Shown here piece after piece: positions 12,157-26,300 of a DNA stretch of 64,000 bases (position 1 is its first letter; the number at the start of each line of letters is the position of its first letter). This stretch comes from Tubulanus polymorphus (lineage: Eukaryota; Animalia; Nemertea), in the NCBI RefSeq assembly GCF_964204645.1, contig NC_134027.1, positions 10,882,485-10,946,484 on the forward strand, read 5' to 3'. The position numbers and the translations under genes are program-made. The notes under the pieces are model-generated. The model had not been told where the DNA came from. It ran no database searches and saw only the letters and a list, made by a program, of their open reading frames with translations.

Positions 12157-13371
12157 CTACAACGCCGCGATTAATGACGGAATTGGAATAGAGACCCTCA
12201 CACCGTATACAACTGTATGATAAGACATTGTTGTATCTTGAATATAAGATGTAAATTAAGATTCTTATATTGTATTTGTGTAATTCACTTTTGTCAACAT
12301 TTCAAACTAGATGGCAATTTGAAAGGTTTAATAAAGTTCAATTTTGAAATGAACTTCCACATTAGCCGTTCATATCTCCATTACCATTTGCATTTTGAGT
12401 GGTATTTAAAGTCGAGTTATAAGAGGGAACCGAAGGCTGAATTCAGTTGGAAATAAAACCCAAACCAAACTAGCCAGTTCTTAAAATGCCCACGGGCCTT
12501 CAGCTGGTGGTTCCATGTGAGTTTATGGGGGTAATCCATGGCTGAAATGAAATGGAAATATTAGCCAATCTATGCTGGGTTTTAAACGTGGTACCGGTAT
12601 TTGTTGCAAAGTATGGTTTATTGGAAGCCTCGACCGCTGCCGCATTTTCTAGATGGAAAACTGAACCTGTAATCATTTACCACTGCGCATTAGGCATCAC
12701 AAAAATTCTGATTGGTTTTTAACATGTCCCGCGAGCAAAATCTACGGAATAGAAAATGAATCAGATGTATCTGCGTGGACCAGGGAGGTACAAGGTCTCT
12801 TGCTACTTCCAGCGGACAGATGGATTTGGAATAACCTCATGGACTCTTAATTCTACAAAAGAGATCTACCTACGTTTCGACCAGCACTCGATTGTATCGA
12901 CAGAATTGTTTAAATTTTCATATGCATCCTCGTATTTGATTCATGAACACACAATAGGCCCCATCATGCGACTATCACCATATTGCTGCATTCGATTGTT
13001 CGCTATCGGATTAAATATAAATGCGATGTAACGATGATTATCGATGGACCTGTTGGATGAAAGATTTTGAAAGACGATGTGGTCACAAGGTATGAAATTC
13101 ATAAACTGAATCTAAATAGTTTATCAGATCATACATCATCTTTCTAAACATACCCGTTGTATGCAATCCATTACGTGTAATGTAAGAGGACCACTCTGTT
13201 TGCGTTGACTTACACAAAACGATTGACGATCATGGAACAAGGGCGGATTTAGGGGGGTACACCGGGTGTACTGGTCAACCTCTTTCAAAATTCGAATGTG
13301 CCCTCAGTTGTGCGGTTTGATTTTATATTGTACAGTAAGCCTCGCCCATGGGATCGGCAAAATTGGTCCCA

Positions 13372-13585
13372 GGTAAATGACGTCTGCATAGGATAGGAAA
13401 ATATAGTTTTGTCTCGTGCTGCAGAAGCACTAGGAACATTCTGGGGACGGGAGAGACCAACTTGCCGAGTTGACACATCCTCCCTCGGCAGGGATTCGAA
13501 CCTGATGGCATCGCTACACTCAGCCACGGCACGAACCGTCATCATGATGCCATCAGGTTCGAATCCCTGCCGGGGAGGAGTTGAC
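13372..13585 (-). mobile_element. tRNA-derived SINE with an inverted duplicate of its head
   Basis: The minus strand has box A-like TGGCTGAGTGTAG and box B GGTTCGAATCCC. Arms 13478..13512 and 13546..13579 are inverted copies. Confidence 0.6.
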
Positions 13586-14294
13586 AAACGTTGGTTCAGA
13601 CTGGTTGGAAGATTGTTTGAATGAACCGGAACCGAATTTCCCGATTATGTACTTCGATTTAAACAAAAAATTCTGTAAACTCGACCGCCGATCACACAAC
13701 TATATCTGTACTTCGATTTCCGATTTGAAAATCAAACCCCCGGTTAAGCTCCCGGCAGGTGTGGTGGGTCTGTAAGGGACACTCAATCAAAAAATCTAAT
13801 GAAATTTACCAACCAAATAACTAACAGGGACAATCCTATTTTAAGATCAAACGTTAACGACGTTACCGACCGAAATTAATTGCCAACACTAAACGAATAT
13901 AGACAAAGGGAACCTTGACGACTGCAGAATCACGTACAGAAAGTTAACTGTCATACCCCCTATTTTTTTTCTTTTTTAAGATATAGCAGCTGCCTTAGCC
14001 CGTCTGGCGGGATTGAAACTGAACATTTTTCTATAGTATATCGAATACCAATGTATGTTTACATAAGCCCAACGTTTGAGTAAAAATCACAGCCGATTTC
14101 ATGCAAGGATTGATGAGGTTTCTATATAAAAGATTTCAACAACCATATTAGAGATATTCAATTATGCTGGGCTAACCCGGTTAACCCGGCCGGCCACCTA
14201 AATATTACACATTACTTTTTTAGACCATTATCCAGCTGATACAGAGGAAGGATATAATGATTACTATTATGATTATCATCATTATTAGTATAAC

Positions 14295-15099
<805 letters not shown>

Positions 15100-15129
15100 T
15101 AACTAATAATTTCCTCTGTATCACAGCGA

Positions 15130-15780
15130 AAAATAACACAGTTAAGCAGTTAAGCGTTAACAGAGAAGACGTGAAATTAGGTTCCGTTGTAATAATTCAT
15201 GATGATACGGTCCCAAGATTAAAGTGGAAGTTGGGCATCATCATCGGTTTATCCAAAAGCCAAGATGGTCGGATTAGATCATGCATTATTAAAACCGCGA
15301 ATGGAGTTACTAATCGCCCTGTTTCGAAATTATATCCACTTGAAGTCGAATTAGAATGTTATATTGCATAGTAGTAGTAATTCCAGTATTGACGAAAACG
15401 TTGATACTTCTAATTCTGTGAAATCTAGACCAAAACGGAAACCTGCAGAGATAGCCAAAGGTAAAATTTTTCAAAGATATGCAGTAAATTATGAATATAA
15501 ATTCACCAATTACTATGTATTGTTTGTATGGAGTTTTGTATATAGTTTGTGTAGTTTTTTCCAATTGTTATCACGTATTGTTTGTAACGTAAGATTTGTT
15601 AGTCTAATTTTAGGCATTGGGTTTTGTTCTGGGCGGAGTGTTGCGACTTACATCACAATCCTATAGCATTTATATCCAACCAATCACCTCCAACAGTTGA
15701 TTTAATAACGTTGAATTGTCTAAGTACTGTTGTATAGAATATTCATGTATGTATAGCATGTAGAGCATATATTATTCGTT
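15130..15780 (+). mobile_element. BEL/Pao LTR retrotransposon 3' remnant (integrase C-terminal region, PPT, start of LTR)
   Basis: VKLGSVVIIHDDTVPRLKWKLGII...DGRIRSCIIKTANGVTNRPVSKLYPLEVE is the BEL/Pao post-integrase (DUF5641-type) signature. PPT GGGCGGAG is followed by TGTTG at 15639. Confidence 0.85.
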
Positions 15781-15794
15781 TTAACTAGTTCTAG

Positions 15795-16115
15795 TGCGCC
15801 ATTGCGTTCAACTCTTCGTCCGTGTTTGTTCAGAATCGTCCCACCACGGAATCCATATATTTTGGGAAGTATTGATTAAGGCGCTTCAATGGATTGTCTT
15901 AATATTTATTCATTTAATAAATCTATCTACCCCAGACACATCTGCAGCCCAAAAACTGGCTCGATCAGATTAAAGATGGCCGCGGGTGGTGACCATAGTT
16001 TTTCGCCGAAATGAGCAGTTTTACACATTTTTACGAGGGAAATTTTGAAGGCACTTCGATCACTTATCTTGATAAGAAAAATTGGGTCGATCGGACACAA
16101 GATGGCCGACCTGTC
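15795..16115 (+). mobile_element. Degenerate fragment of the Helentron-associated (HINE-like) family
   Basis: Similar to 25080..25410 (CGGAATCC...TTTTGGGAAG...CAGACACATCTGCAGCCCAAAAACTGGC...AAGATGGCCG). Further fragments lie at ~20330..20560 and ~22180..22410. Confidence 0.6.
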
Positions 16116-16581
16116 ATACAAGATTCACTCTTTAGTTTTCTCCGTGACGCCATCGTCAAAGAAAATAATGTTTGCTGTTTTCCAGTCGCTCGTAGTTCTA
16201 ACGGTCTTCTTCGGAATTCAAAGTAAGCAACCGGTTATTTCGGATTGGTTTTTTGTTTTTGTACAGCTGCTCAAAACCCCTGCCGCCCACCGTTTCCACT
16301 CAACTTCTCGGGCACAGAGCTGAAACCAACAAGCATTTTCATTAACGTCTTCGAGCCAGTCGAGAAATTTTGCAACGGTTTTTACCTGCTCGGGCCCGTT
16401 TCTTGCAGGAAACCACTCGTAAAAACCAGCATTATATTCTATGATATTGGTTAAATTTCAACTTTAAAACTGTAGAATCGTGGTACTGGTGTATGTAACG
16501 AAGTTCTAAAGTGCCCGGGCAAAAATGTTCTCAATGTTGTCTCTTATTAGAACGATAACCACACTCAAACGTGGTGAACGG

Positions 16582-16740
16582 ACAATAAGATAAAAACCCA
16601 CTATCTACAGATTAAAAACCTGACGATGATCTCTAGGGTGAGATCGATACGTCGTGTCTTATATGTATTTTAGATTGAATAAATAAATTCTTGTTTTTAA
16701 ATTCTTTTAATCTGTAGATAGTGGGTTTTTATCTTATTGT
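16582..16740 (+). mobile_element. Penelope-like pLTR remnant with a degenerate hammerhead-ribozyme core inside a 36-bp inverted repeat
   Basis: Perfect inverted repeat 16582..16617 / 16705..16740. CTGACGA-T-GATCTC(loop)GAGATC-GATA-CGTCG at 16620..16654. A related copy lies at 51870..52155 (-). Confidence 0.55.
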
Positions 16741-18299
16741 TGTCTCGTATTTCTTAGTTTCCAATGGTTGCATGAGCAAGGACGAAATAGCGGCGAATCG
16801 CACCGTTATGAATGAAGTTGCTGTACAGGCAATTTGCCTACGATCATCAAATGATATTCTGAGCGCAAAATGTCTCTCTTCTACTTACATTTACAATGTG
16901 ATAATGTAATATACCGGTATGATAATGTTTCACATATTTATGTTTGAAAGTTTACTCTACGTATCACTCACATTCTGAATGTCCCGGCTTTGTTTGTGAT
17001 TTTGCGGCGGTCTTCGGAACAATTACTTGACCATCGCAGTGTTCTCCATATGCTGGAATCTTAAGGGCTTAAGGGGCTGCAGTATCAGACATCGTGGCTG
17101 CTGTAGTAGCAAGGCTTTCAATCCTCCAAAAATAGAGACCATTAAGCTAAATTTTGGTGTAATCTTCTATTTTTCACATTAGCTTAATATATTTCAAAGC
17201 ATCTATCAGCATTTTGATAGAATCTTGACATCATCATGACTAGGGTTATAAATCAATCTGTCTTTAGGCTGGATCTTCAGTCCTCGTCCTCGTTCTTGAA
17301 TTTCTTCCAAGGCTCCCGTATATAACTTAACGACTTCTTAAATCATATATTCGTTTATATCTCTTGACTAGATGTGTACAATCTCTTCCTGGAGCTCTGT
17401 TCTCTCAAACCTCTAAAATCTCTAACTTCCTTTAACCCTTTTTTCACGCGAAAACGCGAAAAATAATAAGATAAAACTAAAAACTATTAATAACAATATT
17501 GTATGTACGTAATAAATAGCCAATGTAAGCCAATTTATCAAATATTGTATTTCGTCCGTTCGAATTTCAGGTCAAGGTCACAATATCTTTCCAAAAATTA
17601 ATTTTTATTTCCGTACTTTACCAAAAACAAACATTTAATTACGAATAGTCATTGAATACACGAAAGTTACACACTTTCTACGTTTAAATGTTCTCGATTT
17701 ACGGTTAGTTTTATAAATAATCGATGAAAAAAGTTATAATCCAAAAATTTCGAAATTCAACTTCTCGCGCCGATTGTATTGCCATCTGGTGGTATGAATT
17801 GGCAGTAATAATGATCGGAAAGCCGCCATGTTTTTATGCAGTGTCGCTGGCGCACAATAGATATACATAGAGAGGAGAAAGTGCCGCGAATATTCATTCC
17901 ACGATGATTTGATTACAATTACGGCGCCCAGAATCAAGTCACGCATTCGTACTGTAAGTATACGCATCGACAGATCGTGCATTTCAGAAGGGAATGGGAC
18001 CTGGGAAGGGGCAAGGAAGGAGTGAGAACGACGAAAAATACGACTCAAACTGACTCGAAAAAAAGGCTAAGTTTGTTTAGAAAGAGCGAGATTTTACAAC
18101 TTAGGCCTTGTGCCGATCACAGGGGCCTGGTGCAAATAATGTGACCACACTACCATAATGGCAAAATATGGTAACAAGGACTAAACCACGGCGCATGATC
18201 TAAGAAAGTAAAATGTTGAGTACCAATCCAATGCGAGACTGCGATGTTGGTTGGCCTTCTCCACAGGCACAAAGTCATTTTTGATAGTAGTAGTCCTCC

Positions 18300-19147
18300 T
18301 AGTTAGTTACCTAATCGTTGGTGGTAAGCTTTTTATAATCGGATGGGCTTATACCAACGTTAGGGATGACAAGGACCAAAACACGGTTGAAAAAAGTAAC
18401 ACTTCAAAAATATACTTTCTATTCACTTCAGTCCACAATTAATAGCTTAATTCACAAACTAACACAGGTACCTTTCGAAATAATCCAATTTTATGTATGT
18501 TTCGAGTGATTAATCAACATTATTTTGAGAAATTAATTAATTTCTCCACAAATTTCGCCATTGGCCGCCATTTCTCTGTATTGCACATGTGGCATGATAA
18601 GACAAGGGGACCTACAAGGATTTATATAAAACTTCCAAGACGAAACGACAATTTTTATTTTTGATGGTTTTCCAACTTTTATATCAAATCTTCATGTTTT
18701 CCATAACAAATAATGAAATAATAAATTTCTGGTAAAAGAAAAATGTGAATAAGTGTTGATTTCTTAATTTTTTTTAATTTCGTCGTTTCGCTTTGTTAGT
18801 TTGTGCTGTTGTCCTGGCCTCAGTCCACAGGTGCCAGCACCTCCAGTAATTTTCAAAATGGCAGCTGTTGACTGGACGGAAATTTACTCTCACTTTACGG
18901 CCGATTTGCACATGGATTAAGATCGTCAGGTGAGGTGTTATAGGTATCAGACAAACTACGAATCTGTTGTGCGTCGATTACAACAAAAATGAGACAGATA
19001 TCTTAAGAGACAATGAAATGCCAGGCAAATTACTCGTCAGTCAAATTGGCTGACGAAGATTTCATACAAAAATGACCTTCCCATTCCTGACTGTGGTTTG
19101 TGAAAATATCCGATCGTGAAACTAAACCACAGACAGGTTACTGACTA
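18300..19147 (+). mobile_element. Non-autonomous DNA transposon, 848 bp, 9-bp TSD (copy 1)
   Basis: Termini TAGTTAGTTACCT...AGGTTACTGACTA; TSD TAGTCCTCC on both sides; near-identical to 58795..59641. Confidence 0.9.
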
Positions 19148-19305
19148 TAGTCCTCCATACCCAGATACCTGATAGGATAGGTCATAGAGGACCAGCAGAA
19201 TGGACAGGTAGTTGAACTTCAACAAATCGATTTTTCAATCTACTTTACACTCTATAGAAGGATCGCTGAAAAGTTGTTGAAAAAAATTTATGAGACGAAT
19301 ACAAC

Positions 19306-19467
19306 GGTCATCCTTATTACCAAGATGACGTATTTTACCGAGATCAACCGAGATGAAATGAAATATAACATATTTATTTATTCCTTATCGATTTTAACAA
19401 TTGAAATCATCTCGGTTCATCTCGTTTCATCTCGGTAAAATACGTCATCTCGGTAATAAGGATGACC
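19306..19467. mobile_element. Small palindromic MITE
   Basis: 39-bp inverted arms GGTCATCCTTATTACC(A/G)AGATGACGTATTTTACCGAGAT with one mismatch. Confidence 0.75.
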
Positions 19468-21174
19468 CCAATACAATACAATACAACACAATTAGAACTC
19501 GCTTGAACTCAAAAATTTCTACAATAAAAACATTAAAGCAAAAATCAATAAAGCACAGACAGGTGAAAGTTACATAAGAATCATAGGCGTCCCCAGATTT
19601 TTTTTGGGGGTTGTTTTTTTTTTAAACTTTTGAAAATTTCGTGCAAGCAGGCTCGTTGTGCTGCAATCTGAGACCGATAGGTGGACTGGTCCCCGTTTAC
19701 TTTGCATGTATCGATCTCATTTTGCTAATTTAGCAAATGCAGACCATGTGTCGATGTTCGTCGACGTTTAAAAATTGAAAAAAGGGGGTTCGTTCGAACT
19801 ACCGAACCAATGGCCTAATGAACTAATTTTGATCGAGTTCGTCTGATATCACAGCGGGGCCATCTGAAGGGATAGCTGGTGTGCCGATACCCCATTCAAT
19901 ATAGGGCAGGCCTTGTATGAATCGTAGGAAAAAAATCAATTATTATTCATTCCTGCCATATCCACTGTCAACATCAGTTGAAACGATGCGAAAAAGAAAT
20001 TTTTTCGGTTTCTCTCTGATAATGTATAAACCATTCCAAAGAATACTCTCGGTTAGGGGAACTGTTTATGTATTTTTGGTACTTTTGTTCTTCAACTTAT
20101 AAGATCAATCAATCCCAAAACTTCAAGGCTCGTGGGCCTCTTGTTGAAGAATCGCCCCTTCATTCTTCAGAAATTACGTAATTCTCATGCCGTATTTTCG
20201 AAGAGACTTGACTTGACAGAACAACTAAGCGCAGTCTTTGTTACGTGCTTGCAGTCGCGACAGCTTTGAATAATTGATGGCGTCAGCTGTTGTTTGTTTG
20301 GTTACAATTGAGAAATGATTGCACTACGTTCTATAGGCTGTGTGTGATGTTGCGGTCGTGGCCACATGCTGTACAGGGCTGTGCATGAAGAACATATTAT
20401 GCCCGTACCGGGAGGGGGATTTTGATCATCAGTACAAAAACGTACATGGGGAGGGGTGGATTGTCTCGATATTATATTTGCACATGTACCTCCCCTATAC
20501 ACATCTGCAGCCCATAAATTGGCCCGATCAAATTCAAGATGGCTGGCCATTTTTGGTTCACCGAAATTAGCAACAATACGCGAATTTGGGAAAATCTGAC
20601 CCACAGCAATACGATCATAGATTGCTGTCGGTGTCCACAGCATCCCGCTGCAATTTTTCTGAAAACTTCAAAATTTTAGAATTTCAAATTTCGGCTAAGC
20701 AAATTACCAATTAATTGTACAAATCACCATCACTAGATTTTTTGCATTGATCGTCATTGAGACAAAGAGAACACTAATCTAGACTATAATCAACCACAAT
20801 CGTATTATTTTCATGATGACTTCGACAGATAAACTTTATTATTCAACCATCTGCTATGCCTACAATGAATAGACTGTAAGCACTGCGTGTGTCTTCTATA
20901 GCTGAACATTATAGCTACATAATATAAGATGAATATTATCTACAACTTATGTACAACAAATATTATCTACATCTATATATAATGTATATATTATCTACCA
21001 CTTTGTTTCAATTCGTTTTTATCTTTGACTGTGCAACTGAGCATGTATTCGTACAAATCATTCATTAAAGCATTATCCATTCTCCTAACTCTACGTAGCT
21101 GAATTTTGAAAGAGGGCCTCGTTAAAATTTATATGAGTTTTTTCGTGAAAATCTGATCACAAAAATATTGCCTT

Positions 21175-21300
21175 TGAAAAGCCAATCAGAAAGCAATGAC
21201 TCCTCTATGATTGGCTTAGCCGCAGAGATCAGCAGGTGTTCATGTGAACCTGGGGTATCGTCTACCGTTTTACTTCCGGATTTTATTTTAAGATCTGAAA
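21175..21300 (+). promoter_or_regulatory. Candidate promoter of the NRF1-like gene
   Basis: Two opposed CCAAT boxes (~21182, ~21210) and an ETS-like ACTTCCGG (~21272) lie upstream of a possible 5' UTR donor at ~21646. Weak evidence. Confidence 0.3.
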
Positions 21301-22427
21301 TTGTATTTCAAGATCGATTTCTGTGAAAGCTTTAGTTAATTTGGTTTTTGGGAGGAATATTTTTATTAGCACTACAGAAAATATCATTGACAATTGTGCA
21401 AACTCTGGGAAAAAAATAGCTTTTTCTCAAATCGGATAGATGACCTTGATATGCTAATTAGCTATGCGCTAAAACTGCAAATTCAATCAAATTTTATTCT
21501 GCAAAAGAATATCAAGTCCAATTTTACTTATTGAACAAATAAAAACATCAAATCCAATTCAATGTTGTTTTATTGAGCAACTTTCTGAAAATTGAATCCT
21601 ATTCCGCATAAGAATCAATAAGACCAAGGGAAACGATTTATCTGAGGTATTTGTTCCTGTCAGCTCCAGTTGCTGTCTGTGCTACTTTTGTATTCTACGG
21701 TTGTATTGTGTAAATTATTAGGTATTGACTCTTGAGCTGGGAGTGTATTTTCACAAATTTAACCCACGGAATGCATCATCATTTGCCATTTTTGAAAAGC
21801 TGACAGGCTGGCCATAGTGCCCCTTGGGGCTCTTGTTTCTCTTTATTTCTTTCATGGGTGCTTGCTGTTGCAGCCTTTTGGCTTTTGCTTAGCCCTCATA
21901 AGATAGCGTTCTCAATTTTACTTTTGTTTTATCGGTAAATATTATTTTCAAACCATGCTTTCTTACAAAATAAATTGAAATTGAATAGCTATAAATAGAA
22001 CTGCTATCACCTCTTGTGACAAATGACTGAGCGACAGATCATGATCAAAACAGACAATATTATAACAATAGTATTTAGACGGGAATAAACCCAAGGCAGT
22101 TCACTTAGAAGACAAACTGGCAGCATTAGTTTTATTACCAGCAGCAAATGTGGCAGGTGCTGTCATTAAATTGAAGGCCTGTTGCAGAATTATAGCTCAT
22201 GACGAAGTTCTGTGGTTGTGTTAAGTTTCTGGATTAACACATTTCCAAATATTTTCGTACCTATACGCATATTTTGCAACCACAATCAATTGCGAGATTT
22301 TGGCTCATGCCAAGTTCTATGATTGTGTCACGTTCATTGGCCGCTGTATTTGTTCTTCAGGGGTGAAGGAATATTCACATTGCGAAGCATTTCACTAAAG
22401 GGTGGTGTCCCTAAATGTATTCCGTTT

Positions 22428-22850
22428 TAACCCATTAGCACTCAGGAATTTCACTATGTAGTGTCAATTACTCCTCAGAAAATTCAAGGGAAAATCCAAG
22501 TTTGTCACAATACCGAATACCTCATTTGCTGTTTATTTTTCATGCACTACAAGTTCGTGTTATTTTGTAGTAAATAGTCGAGGCTTTCATAATGATATAA
22601 GATGTGATGAGATGGGCCACCAAAATCATGTCCTTTTGGCCCCCCGAAATTCTCCTGAACTTTGGACTTGGATTTGAAGTGAGAGCTCAGGTTTGTCATG
22701 TTCTTACACCGAATACTCAAGAATTTCACAAATAGGAAGATGTTGATTTTTGTATGGTATTTCAAGGACTAGGGTGTCTAGTTTATCATAAGCTGTCGGG
22801 TTCGAATCCCACTATAACCGTCTTAGTGCAGCATACGAAAAAAGGTTTTG
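22428..22850 (+). mobile_element. piggyBac-like non-autonomous element end (TTAA|CCCATTAGCA...), with an inverted diverged copy at ~28840..29212
   Basis: About 400 bp align in reverse complement between the two loci. Confidence 0.65.
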
Positions 22851-23338
22851 AGGAGTAATAGGCATGAGGGATACGCGTGGCTCGAGTGCTATGAATGAAG
22901 CACAGAGCCTTCATGAATAAGGTCTACGTTTTGCATATTAACCCATTAGACCATGGAACATCCGTCGTCGTTCGACTTTTATCTCGACTTTTGTTCGATT
23001 TTTTTTAGTCCGCTGGTACTATACCGCCCGCCACCTATATGCCTTGACCTTTGAGGGGTCAAATGTCAAACTCTTGATTGACCAAATTTATACAGCAATA
23101 GAAAGCCTGTATAATTATCTTCAAAATAACCAATGGTTGTAATGCATCATTTTCAGTAGTTTTCACACTGCATCTCAACCTTTTTTTGTATGCAAATTCA
23201 TATATGATTGGCTAATTAAGCGTTTGTTATTCGGGAGCATATTTATGAAGTTACAGCATCAAATGTGTTGATAATGATGATAAACAATATCGACAGTATA
23301 AATAATTGATTTTTTTCTGCCTTCATCTAGGATACAAT

Positions 23339-26300
23339 ATGATGCCCGATAAGATGGAGTTGCCGAAATACGACGCCGGTTTGACGACGCCGACGTTACC
23401 GTCGCTGACCATCGATCACATGGATTTCACCGATCTGTGCGCGTTCATCCCGCAAATGATGCAGTCCGTAACGAAGTCGGACGAACGTCGAACCGAGAAA
23501 CCGTCATCCGATTCGACCGTGCCGGAATGGTGGCCCGAGGACGTACCGTTCGGTATTTACGCATCGGATCCCAGGGACAAAGACCATCGGAAGGTAAATA
23601 TTATCGATCTGCCCTTAGTAGGCACTACTGGTGTTTCTATCGGTGCTTCGTGGTTCGAGAAGAGAATCTGCTGGGAAAGCTCGCGAATTTCAAAATGATA
23701 TTTCCCGGTTTGGAAATGGTGCCTGTGAAGCATTTCCTGCACCATTATGCTGATAATAGCCATTGCCCCTATGTCATATAGCGTCAAAAATACATCCTGC
23801 ACCATTATGCCGATAATAGCCATTGGCCCTATGTCATATAGCGCAAAAAATACATCCTGCACCATTATGCCGATAATAGCCATTGGCCCTATGTCATATA
23901 GCGCAAAAAATACATCCTGCACCATTATGCCAATAATAGCCATTGGCCCTATGTCATATAGCGCAAAAGATACATCACGAGGAGTTAGTATTTTTCTATG
24001 TAGGCATGCAAATACATTAGGCCTATATGATGAAAGCCCACTGGGGGTATACAGATTGTTGAATTTTAAAACCAAGAATTTATTCAATCAAAAATGGAAA
24101 TGACCGAAACTTGTCGTTTTAATTTTTGATTGATGTATTGATAATTCTTGCTTTTAAAACTTTTAAATCTGTGCATTGTGGGTTGATTTACTGCCACGTT
24201 TCAGCGTGGTTATTTTACAAATACATTATAGGTTGGAAAACCTGTGACCACCATAGGCTGTCGATAAGACTGCACATAAAGGATTTACGTAAAGGGTGAC
24301 AATGATTGATAGAGACCCCCTGTTGACTAGTACATGGACACATGTAACTATGAACAGCCAACTACACTTATTGTCATTGCATAAGGATCCCAATAAATTT
24401 TTTTGGTTAACCTTATACACATCCTGGTATACAATGGGTTTTCTTTTAACAGCTATATGACTATATCATAAATTTTTTCCAAATTAACGCAATACAATAT
24501 GCACTTAGTGACAGTTATAAAGTAGCACCTGCTACTTTCACATTTGGTGTGTACGAGACTATTGATGAACAAACATGCCTTTAGGCAATCAGAATTTATT
24601 ATTTGTTTTCTTCAATACATGTAGTACCGGTAGGCCTACTGAAATAGTCAAATAAGCCCAGGCATGGGGAGGGTTTAAAGGGGTTACTGACAAACTGCCC
24701 AAGTTCTGAAAAAAGGTACAGCGTTATGCTGATGAACTAATTGAAATTGAATACGGCTCCCACATGACTGTGAAAACTTGAAAAACTTGTGACTCTTCGT
24801 GAAACAAAATTCGCAGTTGTGAAAAACTTGCCTAAAGTCTGTGAAATCTGTGTATCTTGATTGAATTTGAGAGTAGATTGAGAATATGTAGGTCGTTTTT
24901 TTTTGCAATGATCATAGTTTCTGATGCAAAGAATTAACCCAATGTTCTATATGTACGAGGTTCAGATAATTGCTCGTAGGTACGATCAACTTTCTTAACT
25001 GGCGGTATTGTAAACATTCCGATAAACGAACTTTTTAGCCCACTTGGGACTTTAGTCCCAGCGGGCTATTGCGTTCACTTTTCGTCCGTCGTCCGTCCGT
25101 AGACGGAATCCAGTTATTTTGGGAAGTTTTGAAGACGCTTCAAGGTAACGTCTTGATATTTGGGTTACACATGTATCTACCCTAGACACATCTTCAGCCC
25201 AAAAACTGGCCCTGTCAGAATCAAGATGGCCGACTGGCAGCCATTGTTGTTCGCCAAAATCAGCCCTTTTTACACATTTTTGAACTTTTTGAGGGAAATT
25301 TTGAAGACGCTTTGATCAATTACCTTGATCTTTCGGATATATGTGAATCCCCCCCAGGGCCCATCAACATAACAAAAATTGGGTCGGTCGGGCTCAAGAT
25401 GGCCGTCCTATGACCTTTTTAGTGCCCAAAAATGTTAATTTTGGCCCGAATTCTGAGTCCTGTAGCTTCCTACTGGTTTGCCATTTCTCATTACAATTTG
25501 TGATGGGTGTTCTTTGGAAAGGGATGTTTTATACCTGAGACAGGTATTTTTCATCAGCCAATTATGACGCAATTGGCGGCCATCTTGGTGTCACCAGTAC
25601 TCATTTGTAAGTGGGAAAAAGTTTTTCCACATTATATTGATACCTAAGCGTATTTTGCTACCACAATCTATTAGAAAGTTGTAGCTCATAACGTATTCTA
25701 TGATTGTGGTGAGTTTCAAGGTAATTGGATTTCGTATGTGGCCACCAGGGGGCGTTGAATAATACAATATCTTAGCATTTCTTTATTATATTCGTACCTA
25801 TCAATATTTTGTAACCACAATCAATTGGAAAGTTGTAGCTCATGACATCATCTTTGATTGTTGCGAGTTTTAAGGACATAATTTTTTCTATATGGTCACC
25901 AGGGGGCGTTGAATAGTAGAATAACTTAGTATTTCCTTATTATATTGGTACCTAGGCATATTTTGTTACCATGATCAATTGCAAAGTTGTAGTTCATGAC
26001 ATGTTCTATGATTGTGGTGAGTTTCGATGTCATTGGGTTTTGAATATGGTCACCAGGGGGCATTGAATAGTGGAATGACTTAGTATTTCCATATTAAATT
26101 GGTAACGAGGCATATTTTGTTATCACAATCAATTACAAAATCGTAGCTGCTGACATGTTCTATGATTGTGGTGAGTTTTAAGGTCATTGGTTTTTGTAAA
26201 TGGTCACCAGGGGGCATTGAATATTGAAATTGTTAGATTGTTGAGCATTTGAAACCACTTCCCAAGTGGGCATGGTGTCCCTGGACCCCTAGTTATCGCA

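Noticed and set aside
13490-13570. tRNA gene suggested by GGTTCGAATCCC (also ~22800 and ~60135)
   Set aside because: No complete cloverleaf or anticodon arm; the context is SINE or transposon.
16975-17420. Possible decayed LINE ORF1 (zinc-knuckle-like) remnant on the minus strand
   Set aside because: Too degenerate (many stops, incomplete Cys/His pattern) to support.
23557-24103. ORFs with 20-aa repeats, and a CRISPR-like appearance
   Set aside because: A head-to-tail 60-bp intronic minisatellite with no unique spacers, in a eukaryotic context without cas genes.
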